Shown here: positions 18,297 through 27,061 of the stretch, piece by piece
How the letters are laid out: each line of letters opens with the position of its first letter
How positions within the stretch are numbered: position 1 is the stretch's first letter
Assembly: GCA_022641095.1 (NCBI GenBank)
Contig: JALCDB010000006.1
Span: forward strand, 3,423 to 67,422
Direction of reading: 5' to 3'
From: Bacilli bacterium
Lineage (GTDB): Bacteria; Bacillota_I; Bacilli_A; RFN20; CAG-826
Length of the DNA: 64,000 nt
The notes under the pieces: generated by a model
What the model was told of the DNA's origin: nothing
The model's input: only the letters and a program-made list of their open reading frames with translations
Database searches by the model: none
Translations under genes and position numbers: made by a program

Positions 18297-21143
18297 TCAC
18301 TTGACCCTGAGCAGATAGCTCGTGATTTCGGCCGGCCGCAAACTATCGGCGATCACGCCGTCATTAAGCGTCATTTCCTTGATCGGCTCTTCGTTGAGTT
18401 TGACTTTGCTCACCGAAATAAGCGGCAAATTGAAGCGGATGCCAATCTTCTTCGCCTTGTGGTCGACGTTCCAAACGCGGTAGATGTAATCTTTCCCGTT
18501 TTCGGCGAGTTTAAAGGCGCCCGGCATAAAGCATCCGTCCTCCGAAGTGATCTCGACGAATGACTTGGTGCAAGGCAACGATCCTTTGTATGGGACGCCG
18601 GAGATCGCCTTTAACGGAACCTTGTTCTCATAGGCTTTGACGATAACGTCGCTCGCCCTCGTCGTGCCGCGATGCGGATAAAGGGCGAAATCGTATTCCA
18701 TCCCGCCAATGCAATGCTGACCCGTGTATTTTAAGGTCTCCTCTTCTCTCATCTTCGAATTGGCGGTCATATAGGCGCGCTGCGTGCGAATCAAAGTGAT
18801 TTTCAATGTGCGACGCGCATCGTCCTCGACTTCGTATTCCCTTAAGCCACGGCTTAGGAAAGCAAAACCATTGGTTCCGTCGTTCACGTCAACGAAGTTC
18901 TGCATCGGCTGAAACGGGAAATACTGTTCGAAGTTATCTTTGTGGTCCTTCCAACGGATATCGCGACGAACCACGTCCCAAGACGATTCGACGTAAACGT
19001 CATTCGCGTTTTCGAGTTCGGTTGGATAATTGACCCAAAGCTTGTGATCGCGACTCGAATTAACGAGTTTCGTATGAACTTTAAGATAAGGGCAACCCTT
19101 TTCCAGCGTCAAAGTCGTTTCGATCGGAAGCGGCTTCATTTCCTTCGATCGGTCGTGGCCATCCAAAGTCGCCTCAGCGGGAATTTGCATGGTTATCCTG
19201 ATTCGAAAGCTACCACGCAAGAGATTGGATTCCATCATGTCGATCTGGGCGTGGGCCCCGATGGAAGTGATGGTGTAGTTGCTCGCGGTCCCCACGGAAA
19301 CGTGGGCGCTGCCGACTTCGCCCTGATCCGTGTAATAACCGACATGCTTCATCAAACGGCCGTTTTGTTTATTCAGAATATCGAAACTGCCGTTCTCCTT
19401 AATGCGGATCCGAAGGAATTCGTTTTCCAAAACGCCATCGCCGCGGGCGATAAGTTTCCGGTTGTCCATTGTCTGAGGCTCGAAGGCAAGGACCGGTTCT
19501 CTCGGACGCAAGGCCAAGGTGCGATAGCCACAAGCCGGGATATCCGCCTCGACCAAAACCCGTTTGCGAGAGGCGTCAAACTTAATCGATTTGGTATCGA
19601 GCTGACGCTCAACGCCAATCGAGACATTGTCGCGAGCCAATTCGACAAACGGCATCACGTGCCCTTCCTCATCGACAATATCGTAGAACTCGCCCAAATC
19701 CGCGGCGCCGCCGATGCCGTTGTCGCTGGCGACAACTTTACCTTTCGGGGTGTCGATGACCAGTTCGATGACTTCGTGGCGCTTGAACGGCAACGTGTTG
19801 AAAATAACGACCGGATAATCGTCTTTAAGGAACTTGGTTTGGGTGTCGATGTCGCCATATAAGGCCACGCAACTTCGGTTGGTAACTTCTTCCGCCACGG
19901 TCCTAGCCAAGGAAAAGTTGTACATCATGTCTTTGTGGGCTTGGTCCACCGCCGCGCCACAAATGGAGTCGTGAGCGTGATTCTTCAGCAACGCCTTCCA
20001 GGCTCTTTCGAAATTCGAAGCCGGGTATTCCTTGCCATAGAAACTGGCGATTGAGGCTAATGGTTCCGCCAAATCGATTAAATCCGTTTCGCAAACCTCA
20101 TTGGCGAGCTTGATGTTGATCCGGGACGAATGGGTGGCGCCGAGCAGACCGTTGAAGTTGTTGTACTCCATCGTGGTGAAACGAAGCTCGCCCGAATAAT
20201 CGGCGCATTGATATTCCCCATGATCCGCCAACTGGGTGATAGCCGCCATATAGTCGTCGAAAGTCGTCTGCTTAATGACGTATTTCCCCGGATAGATCTT
20301 GTTCATGTCATCGATCAACTCGCCCAATTTCCAATAAGGCTCATCGTTGTCTTCGATGTTCAAGGCCAAAATATTGTTCCCGATGGCGTAGGGTTCGGCC
20401 TGGTTGATCAAAGCGTCCAAGGCGCCTTTCATATTGGCTTGGCTATGAATGTAGTCGCCATCCTCTCGCAAGACCGTGAAGGCCTTTTCGTAGGATTGGG
20501 TATCCGCCATGTGAACCGGAACCTGGCGCTTATCAAACGTGTAGGAAAGGTCTTTGTCGCCCTTGCCAAGAACCGCTCTGCCATGAACGTAGAAATACCA
20601 GTTGGTGCGGGTCACCTCATCAAAGGTCCTTAATACTTTGATTTGGCTGCCATCGGGAGCCTTCCAGTTAAACAACGGCGTAAGGATGTGCTTGTTGGTG
20701 CCGCGGTAAAAAATAGCGTTGGGAATGTCAAAGCCCTCATAGAGCTGAGGCAACTGGCTCGGTTGGCCATAGCTTGTCGCCGTATAACCGCTGCGCATCG
20801 CTCCGCCCAAAGGAGCCGCCATTTTGTGACCCATCTGGATATTGCGGATCAATGACTCCGGAGCAACGGTGTTTAGTTCCGGCAAGGTGTACCAATTCAC
20901 GACGAAGAGTTTTTTCGCCTTGATGAGCTTTTCGATTCTCTCCCGATTTTCGGGGCGAACCGCCAAATAATCCTCAATAACGACCAGGCCGCCATCGATG
21001 ATGAAGGATTGATAGCTCTTATCCTCTTCCAAAACCTTGATGATGTAATCCATCAAGTCCATCAACCGCAATTTGCTTTGTTCAGCCGTATGGCGCCACT
21101 CCCGGTCCCAATGCGTTCCGCTAATTAAATGAATGGTTTTCAT
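18297..21143 (-). CDS. GH38 alpha-mannosidase, cytoplasmic (no signal peptide)
   Basis: The N-terminal MKTIHLISGTHWDREWRH is the GH38 metal-site motif. The size (948 aa) and overall pattern fit bacterial GH38 enzymes. Confidence 0.9.
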   Translation of the reverse strand: MKTIHLISGTHWDREWRHTAEQSKLRLMDLMDYIIKVLEEDKSYQSFIIDGGLVVIEDYLAVRPENRERIEKLIKAKKLFVVNWYTLPELNTVAPESLIRNIQMGHKMAAPLGGAMRSGYTATSYGQPSQLPQLYEGFDIPNAIFYRGTNKHILTPLFNWKAPDGSQIKVLRTFDEVTRTNWYFYVHGRAVLGKGDKDLSYTFDKRQVPVHMADTQSYEKAFTVLREDGDYIHSQANMKGALDALINQAEPYAIGNNILALNIEDNDEPYWKLGELIDDMNKIYPGKYVIKQTTFDDYMAAITQLADHGEYQCADYSGELRFTTMEYNNFNGLLGATHSSRINIKLANEVCETDLIDLAEPLASIASFYGKEYPASNFERAWKALLKNHAHDSICGAAVDQAHKDMMYNFSLARTVAEEVTNRSCVALYGDIDTQTKFLKDDYPVVIFNTLPFKRHEVIELVIDTPKGKVVASDNGIGGAADLGEFYDIVDEEGHVMPFVELARDNVSIGVERQLDTKSIKFDASRKRVLVEADIPACGYRTLALRPREPVLAFEPQTMDNRKLIARGDGVLENEFLRIRIKENGSFDILNKQNGRLMKHVGYYTDQGEVGSAHVSVGTASNYTITSIGAHAQIDMMESNLLRGSFRIRITMQIPAEATLDGHDRSKEMKPLPIETTLTLEKGCPYLKVHTKLVNSSRDHKLWVNYPTELENANDVYVESSWDVVRRDIRWKDHKDNFEQYFPFQPMQNFVDVNDGTNGFAFLSRGLREYEVEDDARRTLKITLIRTQRAYMTANSKMREEETLKYTGQHCIGGMEYDFALYPHRGTTRASDVIVKAYENKVPLKAISGVPYKGSLPCTKSFVEITSEDGCFMPGAFKLAENGKDYIYRVWNVDHKAKKIGIRFNLPLISVSKVKLNEEPIKEMTLNDGVIADSLRPAEITSYLLRVK

Positions 21144-21157
21144 TTTGATCCTCTTAA

Positions 21158-21174
21158 GGGAAAAGTGTTTTCCC
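21158..21174. promoter_or_regulatory. inverted repeat GGGAAAA-GTG-TTTTCCC between the predicted -10 box and the RBS of the GH38 operon (operator variant)
   Basis: Read directly. Its placement matches that of the GAAAACCGGTTTTC sites at other operons. Confidence 0.4.
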
Positions 21175-21235
21175 GTTTCTCCGTTTTATAGATTATAGCC
21201 CCTAGTATTTTTTGTAAATAGGAAACCGGTTCGCG

Positions 21236-21264
21236 TTGATTATGTTTTAGGACTCTTTTATAAT
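21236..21264 (+). promoter_or_regulatory. promoter (-35 TTGATT, 17 nt, -10 TATAAT) positioned for a leaderless transcript of the 21271 gene
   Basis: The TATAAT ends 6 nt before ATG 21271 and there is no SD sequence. An AAACCGGTT half-operator (about 21223-21231) abuts the -35. Confidence 0.45.
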
Positions 21265-21270
21265 GTTTTT

Positions 21271-22752
21271 ATGAAACGAATAATCCCCATTTTGGAGACG
21301 TCCTCCCTTTCCGAAAGCGAATTGGCTTTAGCGGTTTCTTTGCAAGGTCTTCTCGCGCAAAAGGGAGAAACTTTTCTTCTCGATTGCGACAACTATAAGC
21401 GCTTCATTGATAAGAACCTGTTTTCCGTTCGCCCCGTTTTTTTGAATACCCTTATCGCGGAAAACAAAGAGTCAATCCCCGGCTACGTTTTGTTTGATTT
21501 CACAAAATGCGACGGCTCCCTCAACGCCGCCAATATGCTAAGCAGCGCCAAAGGGTATCTCGCCGTTCCTTCCGAATGCGAGCCCTTGGTGTCTAAACTC
21601 TTTCCTTGCGTGCGCGATCTCCGTAAAGAGGATCCCGCAACCATACAAGAAACCGTCTTTGACGAATGCCTTCCTTTATTTAGAAAGGACGGCCTGATCC
21701 ATCAGGTTGAACGCAACAACGACCATAAAACCAATCTCCGGGATTATGGCATCCGAAACCATTGGGCAATTGTTTACTGCGACGAAAGCGAAAAAGGCCG
21801 GAAGTTTTTAGGCCACGTTCTTTCATCGCTCAATTCGGGAATCGCAATTTACGGTTGGACGACAGACGAAGTCTCTTTCATCGAATTCATTAGTCATTAT
21901 GGCGATTATGTCGTTCCCTCCGATTGGAGTTCCAACCGCTCTTTCTTCGCTTCCGATCAGGAAACGACAGTCAAATTCTACCCCAAACATGTGAAGATCC
22001 TGCCTAATAAGCATTACGTCGCGATTGAAGTATCCGACGGAGACAACACCCAATGGCTTGAGCGTGATTTCCCTTTCGAGGGCTATTACGGCAAGCGAAC
22101 GGAGACCAGTCGTGATTACCCGCTCGCTTTTACGATCGCGCCTTCTTTGACCTATCTCACTCCAGCCGCGCTTCGTTACATTTATTCTCGGGCGAAGAAT
22201 GAGACTTTCGCCGCGGGCGTCAGTGGCGCCGGTTATATGAACCCTTGCGCCTTCCCAAAGGAAGATCTACCGGCTTTCGTCGCCAAAACCGCCCGAATGA
22301 TGAAGGAAGCCAGCCTCAGCGTCGTAACGCTTCTCGAAAATAAGAATTATATGAATGACGAGACGGTCGATCGGGTGATCAATGAATATGCGAAACGCCC
22401 CGAAATTGAAGGCGGCGTCTGGGAAGTCGATCCCGTTTGCTATAAAGGGAACAATGGGAAAATCTATTTTTCCGATAACCACAAACCCTTCGTCAGCGTC
22501 CGTTATTCTCTATGGTCGCCTACCGGGAGCAAAACAGCCGATCAATCCTGGATTGACGAAATCGCCGATAAAATCAACAAACTCCCAATCGCCCCTAAGG
22601 AAGAAGAGGGATATAGTATTATTAATGTTCACCCATGGTCGACGAGCAACGATGACATCGACTATTTGGTCAATAAGCTCAGTGCCAAAAACCAGATTCT
22701 GCCTTTGGAAGACTTCATCAATCTCATCAAAAAGAATTTAGGAGGACGCTGA
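21271..22752 (+). CDS. GxGYxYP-family putative glycoside hydrolase, cytoplasmic paralog
   Basis: There is no signal peptide. The motifs are IEVSDGDNTQW and AGVSGAGYMNP. The N-terminal LAVSLQGLLAQ matches the other paralogs. Confidence 0.75.
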   Translation: MKRIIPILETSSLSESELALAVSLQGLLAQKGETFLLDCDNYKRFIDKNLFSVRPVFLNTLIAENKESIPGYVLFDFTKCDGSLNAANMLSSAKGYLAVPSECEPLVSKLFPCVRDLRKEDPATIQETVFDECLPLFRKDGLIHQVERNNDHKTNLRDYGIRNHWAIVYCDESEKGRKFLGHVLSSLNSGIAIYGWTTDEVSFIEFISHYGDYVVPSDWSSNRSFFASDQETTVKFYPKHVKILPNKHYVAIEVSDGDNTQWLERDFPFEGYYGKRTETSRDYPLAFTIAPSLTYLTPAALRYIYSRAKNETFAAGVSGAGYMNPCAFPKEDLPAFVAKTARMMKEASLSVVTLLENKNYMNDETVDRVINEYAKRPEIEGGVWEVDPVCYKGNNGKIYFSDNHKPFVSVRYSLWSPTGSKTADQSWIDEIADKINKLPIAPKEEEGYSIINVHPWSTSNDDIDYLVNKLSAKNQILPLEDFINLIKKNLGGR

Positions 22753-22754
22753 AA

Positions 22755-23768
22755 ATGACGACAATAAACGATATCGCGAAGGCGACCGGCATAGCCAAAT
22801 CAACCGTTTCCAACGTATTTAGCGGCAAGAAATTCGTTTCCGCAAAGATTCGAGAAAAAGTCCTGGCCGCCGCTGAGAAAATGGAGTATACGCCAAACTT
22901 CTACGCCCGTGTCCTTAGCCACAAAAACGAATCCAATATCTTGGGTCTGTTTCTTGAAAACAATGAGGCCGATGGCGGGTTTCAGCCTTACTATGATACC
23001 TTGATTCGCTCCTTAACGATCGAATCGGCCAAACATGGTTTTTCTTTGCTCATTTACTTCGGCTTATCCAACCAAGACATGGCCTGTGACTTAAAGCCTG
23101 GCCGTTCGCCAATCGATGCGGCGATTTTGGTTTCGCCCTCTATGGAGGATGAACGGTTGAGCAAAATCAGCTCTTCGTTAATCCCTTTCGTCGTTATAGG
23201 AAACGCCAAAGGTCTATTTGGGGGCAAAGAAGGCAACTCAATCGATACCGACAACGTCGGCTTGGTACGTCGCATAGTTTTCGAGATGAAGAGACAAGGC
23301 TGCAAGAAGATCGCCATGATCAACTCAAACCAAACCCTTACCATTACTAGCGATCGCGACAAAGGCTTCAATGAAGCCATTAGCCAAGACCCCAAAACAA
23401 AAGGCGATATTTTCTACAGCGCCCACAGCACGAAAGAAGATGGCTATTATTATGCCTCAAAAACCCTGAAGAACGGAACGGACGCCATCCTTTGCGCCAA
23501 TGGGTTCATCGCTTCCGGCGTTTACGAAGCGATTGGAGACTTGAATTTGAAAATCGGAACCGACGTCAAAGTCTTTTCTCTGGGCTACAGCCATAGCAAC
23601 GACCTTTCTTTCAGTCCTTCGCTTTCTTTTGCGGCTCAGGACTATGAAGAGTTCGCGAAACAGGCCGTGAATCTCATCGTTGATGATATCGCGAATAAAT
23701 CGGCCCCTAAATCCGTCATCATTTCCTCGAAAATTCATTACAACGATTCTTTTGGCGAACAAAAATAG
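22755..23768 (+). CDS. LacI-family transcriptional regulator (paralog 2)
   Basis: The HTH reads INDIAKATGIAKSTVSNVFSG...YTPNFYARVLS. A GGAGGA RBS is present. Confidence 0.9.
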   Translation: MTTINDIAKATGIAKSTVSNVFSGKKFVSAKIREKVLAAAEKMEYTPNFYARVLSHKNESNILGLFLENNEADGGFQPYYDTLIRSLTIESAKHGFSLLIYFGLSNQDMACDLKPGRSPIDAAILVSPSMEDERLSKISSSLIPFVVIGNAKGLFGGKEGNSIDTDNVGLVRRIVFEMKRQGCKKIAMINSNQTLTITSDRDKGFNEAISQDPKTKGDIFYSAHSTKEDGYYYASKTLKNGTDAILCANGFIASGVYEAIGDLNLKIGTDVKVFSLGYSHSNDLSFSPSLSFAAQDYEEFAKQAVNLIVDDIANKSAPKSVIISSKIHYNDSFGEQK

Positions 23769-23903
23769 TTTGTTTCTTGGATAATCTCGTATCGGAAATA
23801 GGCAAAAATCAGCGTAAATTGACCTATTGCAAAAACCGTTTTTCTACACTAATATAAAAAGGCTTGAAGCAAGCGCTTACACCATTTGCTCTTGCAGTAA
23901 AAG

Positions 23904-23917
23904 GAAAATCGGTTTTC
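23904..23917 (+). promoter_or_regulatory. operator-like near-palindrome GAAAATCGGTTTTC just upstream of the RBS of the ABC importer operon
   Basis: It has one mismatch to the 6925 site. A second site, AAAAACCGTTTTT, lies at about 23831-23843, next to a TTGACC -35-like hexamer (23819-23824). Confidence 0.45.
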
Positions 23918-23933
23918 TTTTGAGGACAATCAC

Positions 23934-25241
23934 ATGAAAAATCATTCGCATTTCGTTTCGCGCTGGGTTTGGGCCGCCTCCGTCTTGCTCGCTTTAACCC
24001 TCACCGGTTGCGATTTCGGTCAAAACAATTCCGCCGCTTCCGAAGACATGCAATCCTCCTTCGCTAACGACACGACAGCCAAAGTTACCATGTGGTATCC
24101 TTCCGGAGCCGAATATAACGACGCCTTGAATGACGCGATTTCCCGGTTCCAGCAAACATACCCGAATGTCACTTTCAAAATTGTCAAAAAAGCCGGCTTG
24201 GACATTTATCAAAGCTACCTCATCGCCCTCAACGATGACAATTCGCGACCGGATTTGGCCATCGTTGACCATGTCTACATTCCTAACCTTGCTTTCGAGG
24301 ATCAGGTTGCCAACATTGGCGAATTGAGCGCTGGGGATGGCGTGGAATCCAATTTCCCTTCTACCCTGTATTCCGCCAATTCCTATAACGGATCCGCCTA
24401 TGGTCTCCCTTTAAGCGCCAATACAGTTGTCTTAATGGGGAACATGGACATTCTGAACGCCGCCGGCATCGCCACGATGCCAAAGACTTATTCGGAACTC
24501 CTGGCCGATTGCCAAGCAATCAAAGAGAAGACCAGTTACACCCCGTTTGCCCAGCCAATCAACGAAACCTTCTGCGCTATGGGCTTCTCTTCCTACGTCG
24601 CGAGGGAAAAAGGCCAGATGGTCAGCGATGACTATAAGACGGTTCAACTCGACTCCCCCAACGTGAAAAAAGCGGTTAATGACTGGGTCGGACTTTCGAA
24701 ATACGCCTCGCAGAACGAATACGAAGAAGGCAAATTCTATGGTGGCGGCGTCGGCTTTATTGAGATGGGTTCCTGGAACCTAGCCAAGGTCTCGCAAGGC
24801 GAAACTTCCTTCAAACTCGGCTTAAGCGAAATGGTCACCATCGACTCCGAAACACCGAATTATTCAGGCCTTGGCCTTTACTCGATGGTCATCGCCAAAA
24901 AAAGCGCCGTCAAACAAGCGACCTATCGTTTCTCGAAGTTCCTAGCCACCGATAAAACCTTTCAAATGGCTTTCGCCAAGGTCAAAGCCTTGCTTCCGGT
25001 CACCAAAGACGCTTTGGCGGACGATTATTATGCCAAGAACCAATACCTTTCTTGTTTCGCCACTCAATTAACCAAAGTTGCCCCTCGTCCGGGCACGCCG
25101 GTTTGGTCAACCTTAGAGCAGCAAATCGTCAATATGCTTTACGGCGCCGTCACCGCCAGCGACAGCGCGGGCGTTGACGCCGCAATCGAATCCGCTCAAA
25201 AAAAGTCCCAAGAGGCCACAAACCGTAAGTTTAACGGATAA
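23934..25241 (+). CDS. ABC sugar transporter substrate-binding lipoprotein (family 1 SBP)
   Basis: The lipobox is LTLTGC. The protein has the general SBP_bac_1 pattern and is followed by two permease genes. Confidence 0.85.
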   Translation: MKNHSHFVSRWVWAASVLLALTLTGCDFGQNNSAASEDMQSSFANDTTAKVTMWYPSGAEYNDALNDAISRFQQTYPNVTFKIVKKAGLDIYQSYLIALNDDNSRPDLAIVDHVYIPNLAFEDQVANIGELSAGDGVESNFPSTLYSANSYNGSAYGLPLSANTVVLMGNMDILNAAGIATMPKTYSELLADCQAIKEKTSYTPFAQPINETFCAMGFSSYVAREKGQMVSDDYKTVQLDSPNVKKAVNDWVGLSKYASQNEYEEGKFYGGGVGFIEMGSWNLAKVSQGETSFKLGLSEMVTIDSETPNYSGLGLYSMVIAKKSAVKQATYRFSKFLATDKTFQMAFAKVKALLPVTKDALADDYYAKNQYLSCFATQLTKVAPRPGTPVWSTLEQQIVNMLYGAVTASDSAGVDAAIESAQKKSQEATNRKFNG

Positions 25242-25244
25242 GTT

Positions 25245-26177
25245 ATGAATGAAAACGCTCTCGCCCGTTCACCGCAGAAAAGAAAGAAAAGCAAGTGGTT
25301 CACCCACGAAGCGATAACCGCTTATCTTTGGCTTCTTTTTCCGATATTCTGGTGGGGCGTTTTCTTCCTGTTCGCTTTTGTCCGCGGCGTGGTTTTCTCC
25401 TTCACCGACCTAACCATCAGCATTTCCAAAATCTCAAAGTTCACCTTCGAACAATATAACCGCCTGTTCGCGGACGAGGTTTTCTGGACCGCCCTACGCA
25501 ACACAATCATTTGGACCTTGGTGATGACGGTTCTCAATAACGGTTTGGGCCTTTTCGTCGCCTATTTGATCTCCCGAATCCACCATGGCCAAAAAGTGTG
25601 GTTAACGCTCCTGTTTTGGCCGACCCTCGTTTCCGCTGTCGTTTCCAGCCAAATCACCACCTTGATCTTCGACCCTTCCGATACCGGCATCATGAACCAA
25701 ATCATCATGGCTTTCGGCGGAACTCCGCTAGCTTGGTACAACGATCCCAACCTCTCGCTATTTACCTTGATGATCATCCCAGCTTTGCTCGGCTTCTCGA
25801 GCCAGATGCTGATTTACTATGTCGCGATCGAGGGCATTCCAAAGAGTTATGTGGAGGCCGCCATAATGGACGGCGCTTCGACTTGGCAGATCTTTAAGCA
25901 CATCTACGTTCCCTCAATCAACGGCGCCATCCTCTATAACTGTCTTTTGTCCATCATCGGAGGCCTTCAGGTCATCGGCCCGATGCAACTGATCACCAAC
26001 GGCGGTCCTTTGGATAGTTCCATGTCGATCACGCTGTATATGTACAATTCGCTTATAGGCGGGGAGAACGGCTATGCCTGCGCCATCGCGGTTGTGACGT
26101 TGGGCCTCATTGTCTTGTTATCGGCTCTTCAGATTTGGATGCAACATCGGGCTTCCCACTCGGAAAAGGCTTTATGA
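25245..26177 (+). CDS. carbohydrate ABC transporter permease (MalF/UgpA-like)
   Basis: It has six hydrophobic segments and the EAA-loop region AAIMDGASTWQIFKHIYVP. Confidence 0.9.
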   Translation: MNENALARSPQKRKKSKWFTHEAITAYLWLLFPIFWWGVFFLFAFVRGVVFSFTDLTISISKISKFTFEQYNRLFADEVFWTALRNTIIWTLVMTVLNNGLGLFVAYLISRIHHGQKVWLTLLFWPTLVSAVVSSQITTLIFDPSDTGIMNQIIMAFGGTPLAWYNDPNLSLFTLMIIPALLGFSSQMLIYYVAIEGIPKSYVEAAIMDGASTWQIFKHIYVPSINGAILYNCLLSIIGGLQVIGPMQLITNGGPLDSSMSITLYMYNSLIGGENGYACAIAVVTLGLIVLLSALQIWMQHRASHSEKAL

Positions 26178-27061
26178 TCAAGAGAAGGCACTTTTCAGTC
26201 CCTATCGAGGAGAAAAACGACCGCCGCCTCCCTCACGTGGTTTTAAAGGTCCTGATCGTTCTTATCCTTTCGGTTTTAGCTTTATTGCAGTTGTTCCCGT
26301 TCTATCTCGAATTCATCCAATCGGTTCAGCCGATCGAAGGATTCACTCCGGTTGATGGCAAGGTTTATTTCTGGCCGGTCTCTTGGAACTGGTCCAATTA
26401 TATAACCGCCATTCAAGAAGGCGATTTGCTGACTGGGTTAAGGAACACCCTCATCGTTTCTTGCTCGTTTACCATCCTCAGCGCCGTGATCATTTTGGTC
26501 GTCGGTTACGTTTTGTCCAAAAAGAAATTCAAGGGCCGCAACATCATCACCGTCGCTCTTCTAATCACGATGATGGTACCGGGCCAACTTCTCATGATCA
26601 CCAACTATCAACTAGTTTCCTCCCTTCATTGGACCTCGACTTTCGCCGCTCTGATTTTGCCTGGCATTGTGAACGTTTCGGGCATTTTCCTAGTCAAAGC
26701 CTTCATGGATTCCGTTCCTAATGAAGTTTTGGAAGCGGCCAAGATCGACGGGGCGGGCGAAGTCAGAACCTTATTTCAAATCGTCATGCCGATGTGCTTG
26801 CCGGTCCTTGCCACTTACTTCATCATGACTTTCATCGCCCAATGGAACGATTATCTTTGGCCGATGCTGGTCACCGGCAACGAAGATCTCTATACGATTC
26901 AATTGAAACTAGTATTTTTCGGCGAAGGCGGCGGAGGCGGGTGGCGCGAGGCGTTTTTGAAGTCAGCAGCTCTGATTTCGACTTTGCTTCCAGTCATCGT
27001 CGTTTATGCCGTCTGCCAAAAAAAACTAATTGGAGGTTTGAACATCTCCGGAATTAAATGA
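26174..27061 (+). CDS. carbohydrate ABC transporter permease (MalG/UgpE-like)
   Basis: The ATG at 26174 overlaps the previous stop (ATGA). The EAA loop is EAAKIDGAGEVRTLFQIVMP. Confidence 0.9.
   Translation: MIKRRHFSVPIEEKNDRRLPHVVLKVLIVLILSVLALLQLFPFYLEFIQSVQPIEGFTPVDGKVYFWPVSWNWSNYITAIQEGDLLTGLRNTLIVSCSFTILSAVIILVVGYVLSKKKFKGRNIITVALLITMMVPGQLLMITNYQLVSSLHWTSTFAALILPGIVNVSGIFLVKAFMDSVPNEVLEAAKIDGAGEVRTLFQIVMPMCLPVLATYFIMTFIAQWNDYLWPMLVTGNEDLYTIQLKLVFFGEGGGGGWREAFLKSAALISTLLPVIVVYAVCQKKLIGGLNISGIK

Noticed and set aside
18942-19862. Long antisense ORFs nested in large genes (18942-19862 in GH38, 27820-28761 in the GxGYxYP gene, 30945-31727 in the 911-aa lipoprotein gene, 61024-61803 in the lipoprotein gene, 33630-34253 and 34314-34823 in the GH172-like gene).
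   Set aside because: Each lies entirely within a longer ORF that has clear family motifs. None has motifs or an RBS. This is typical of stop-poor antisense frames.
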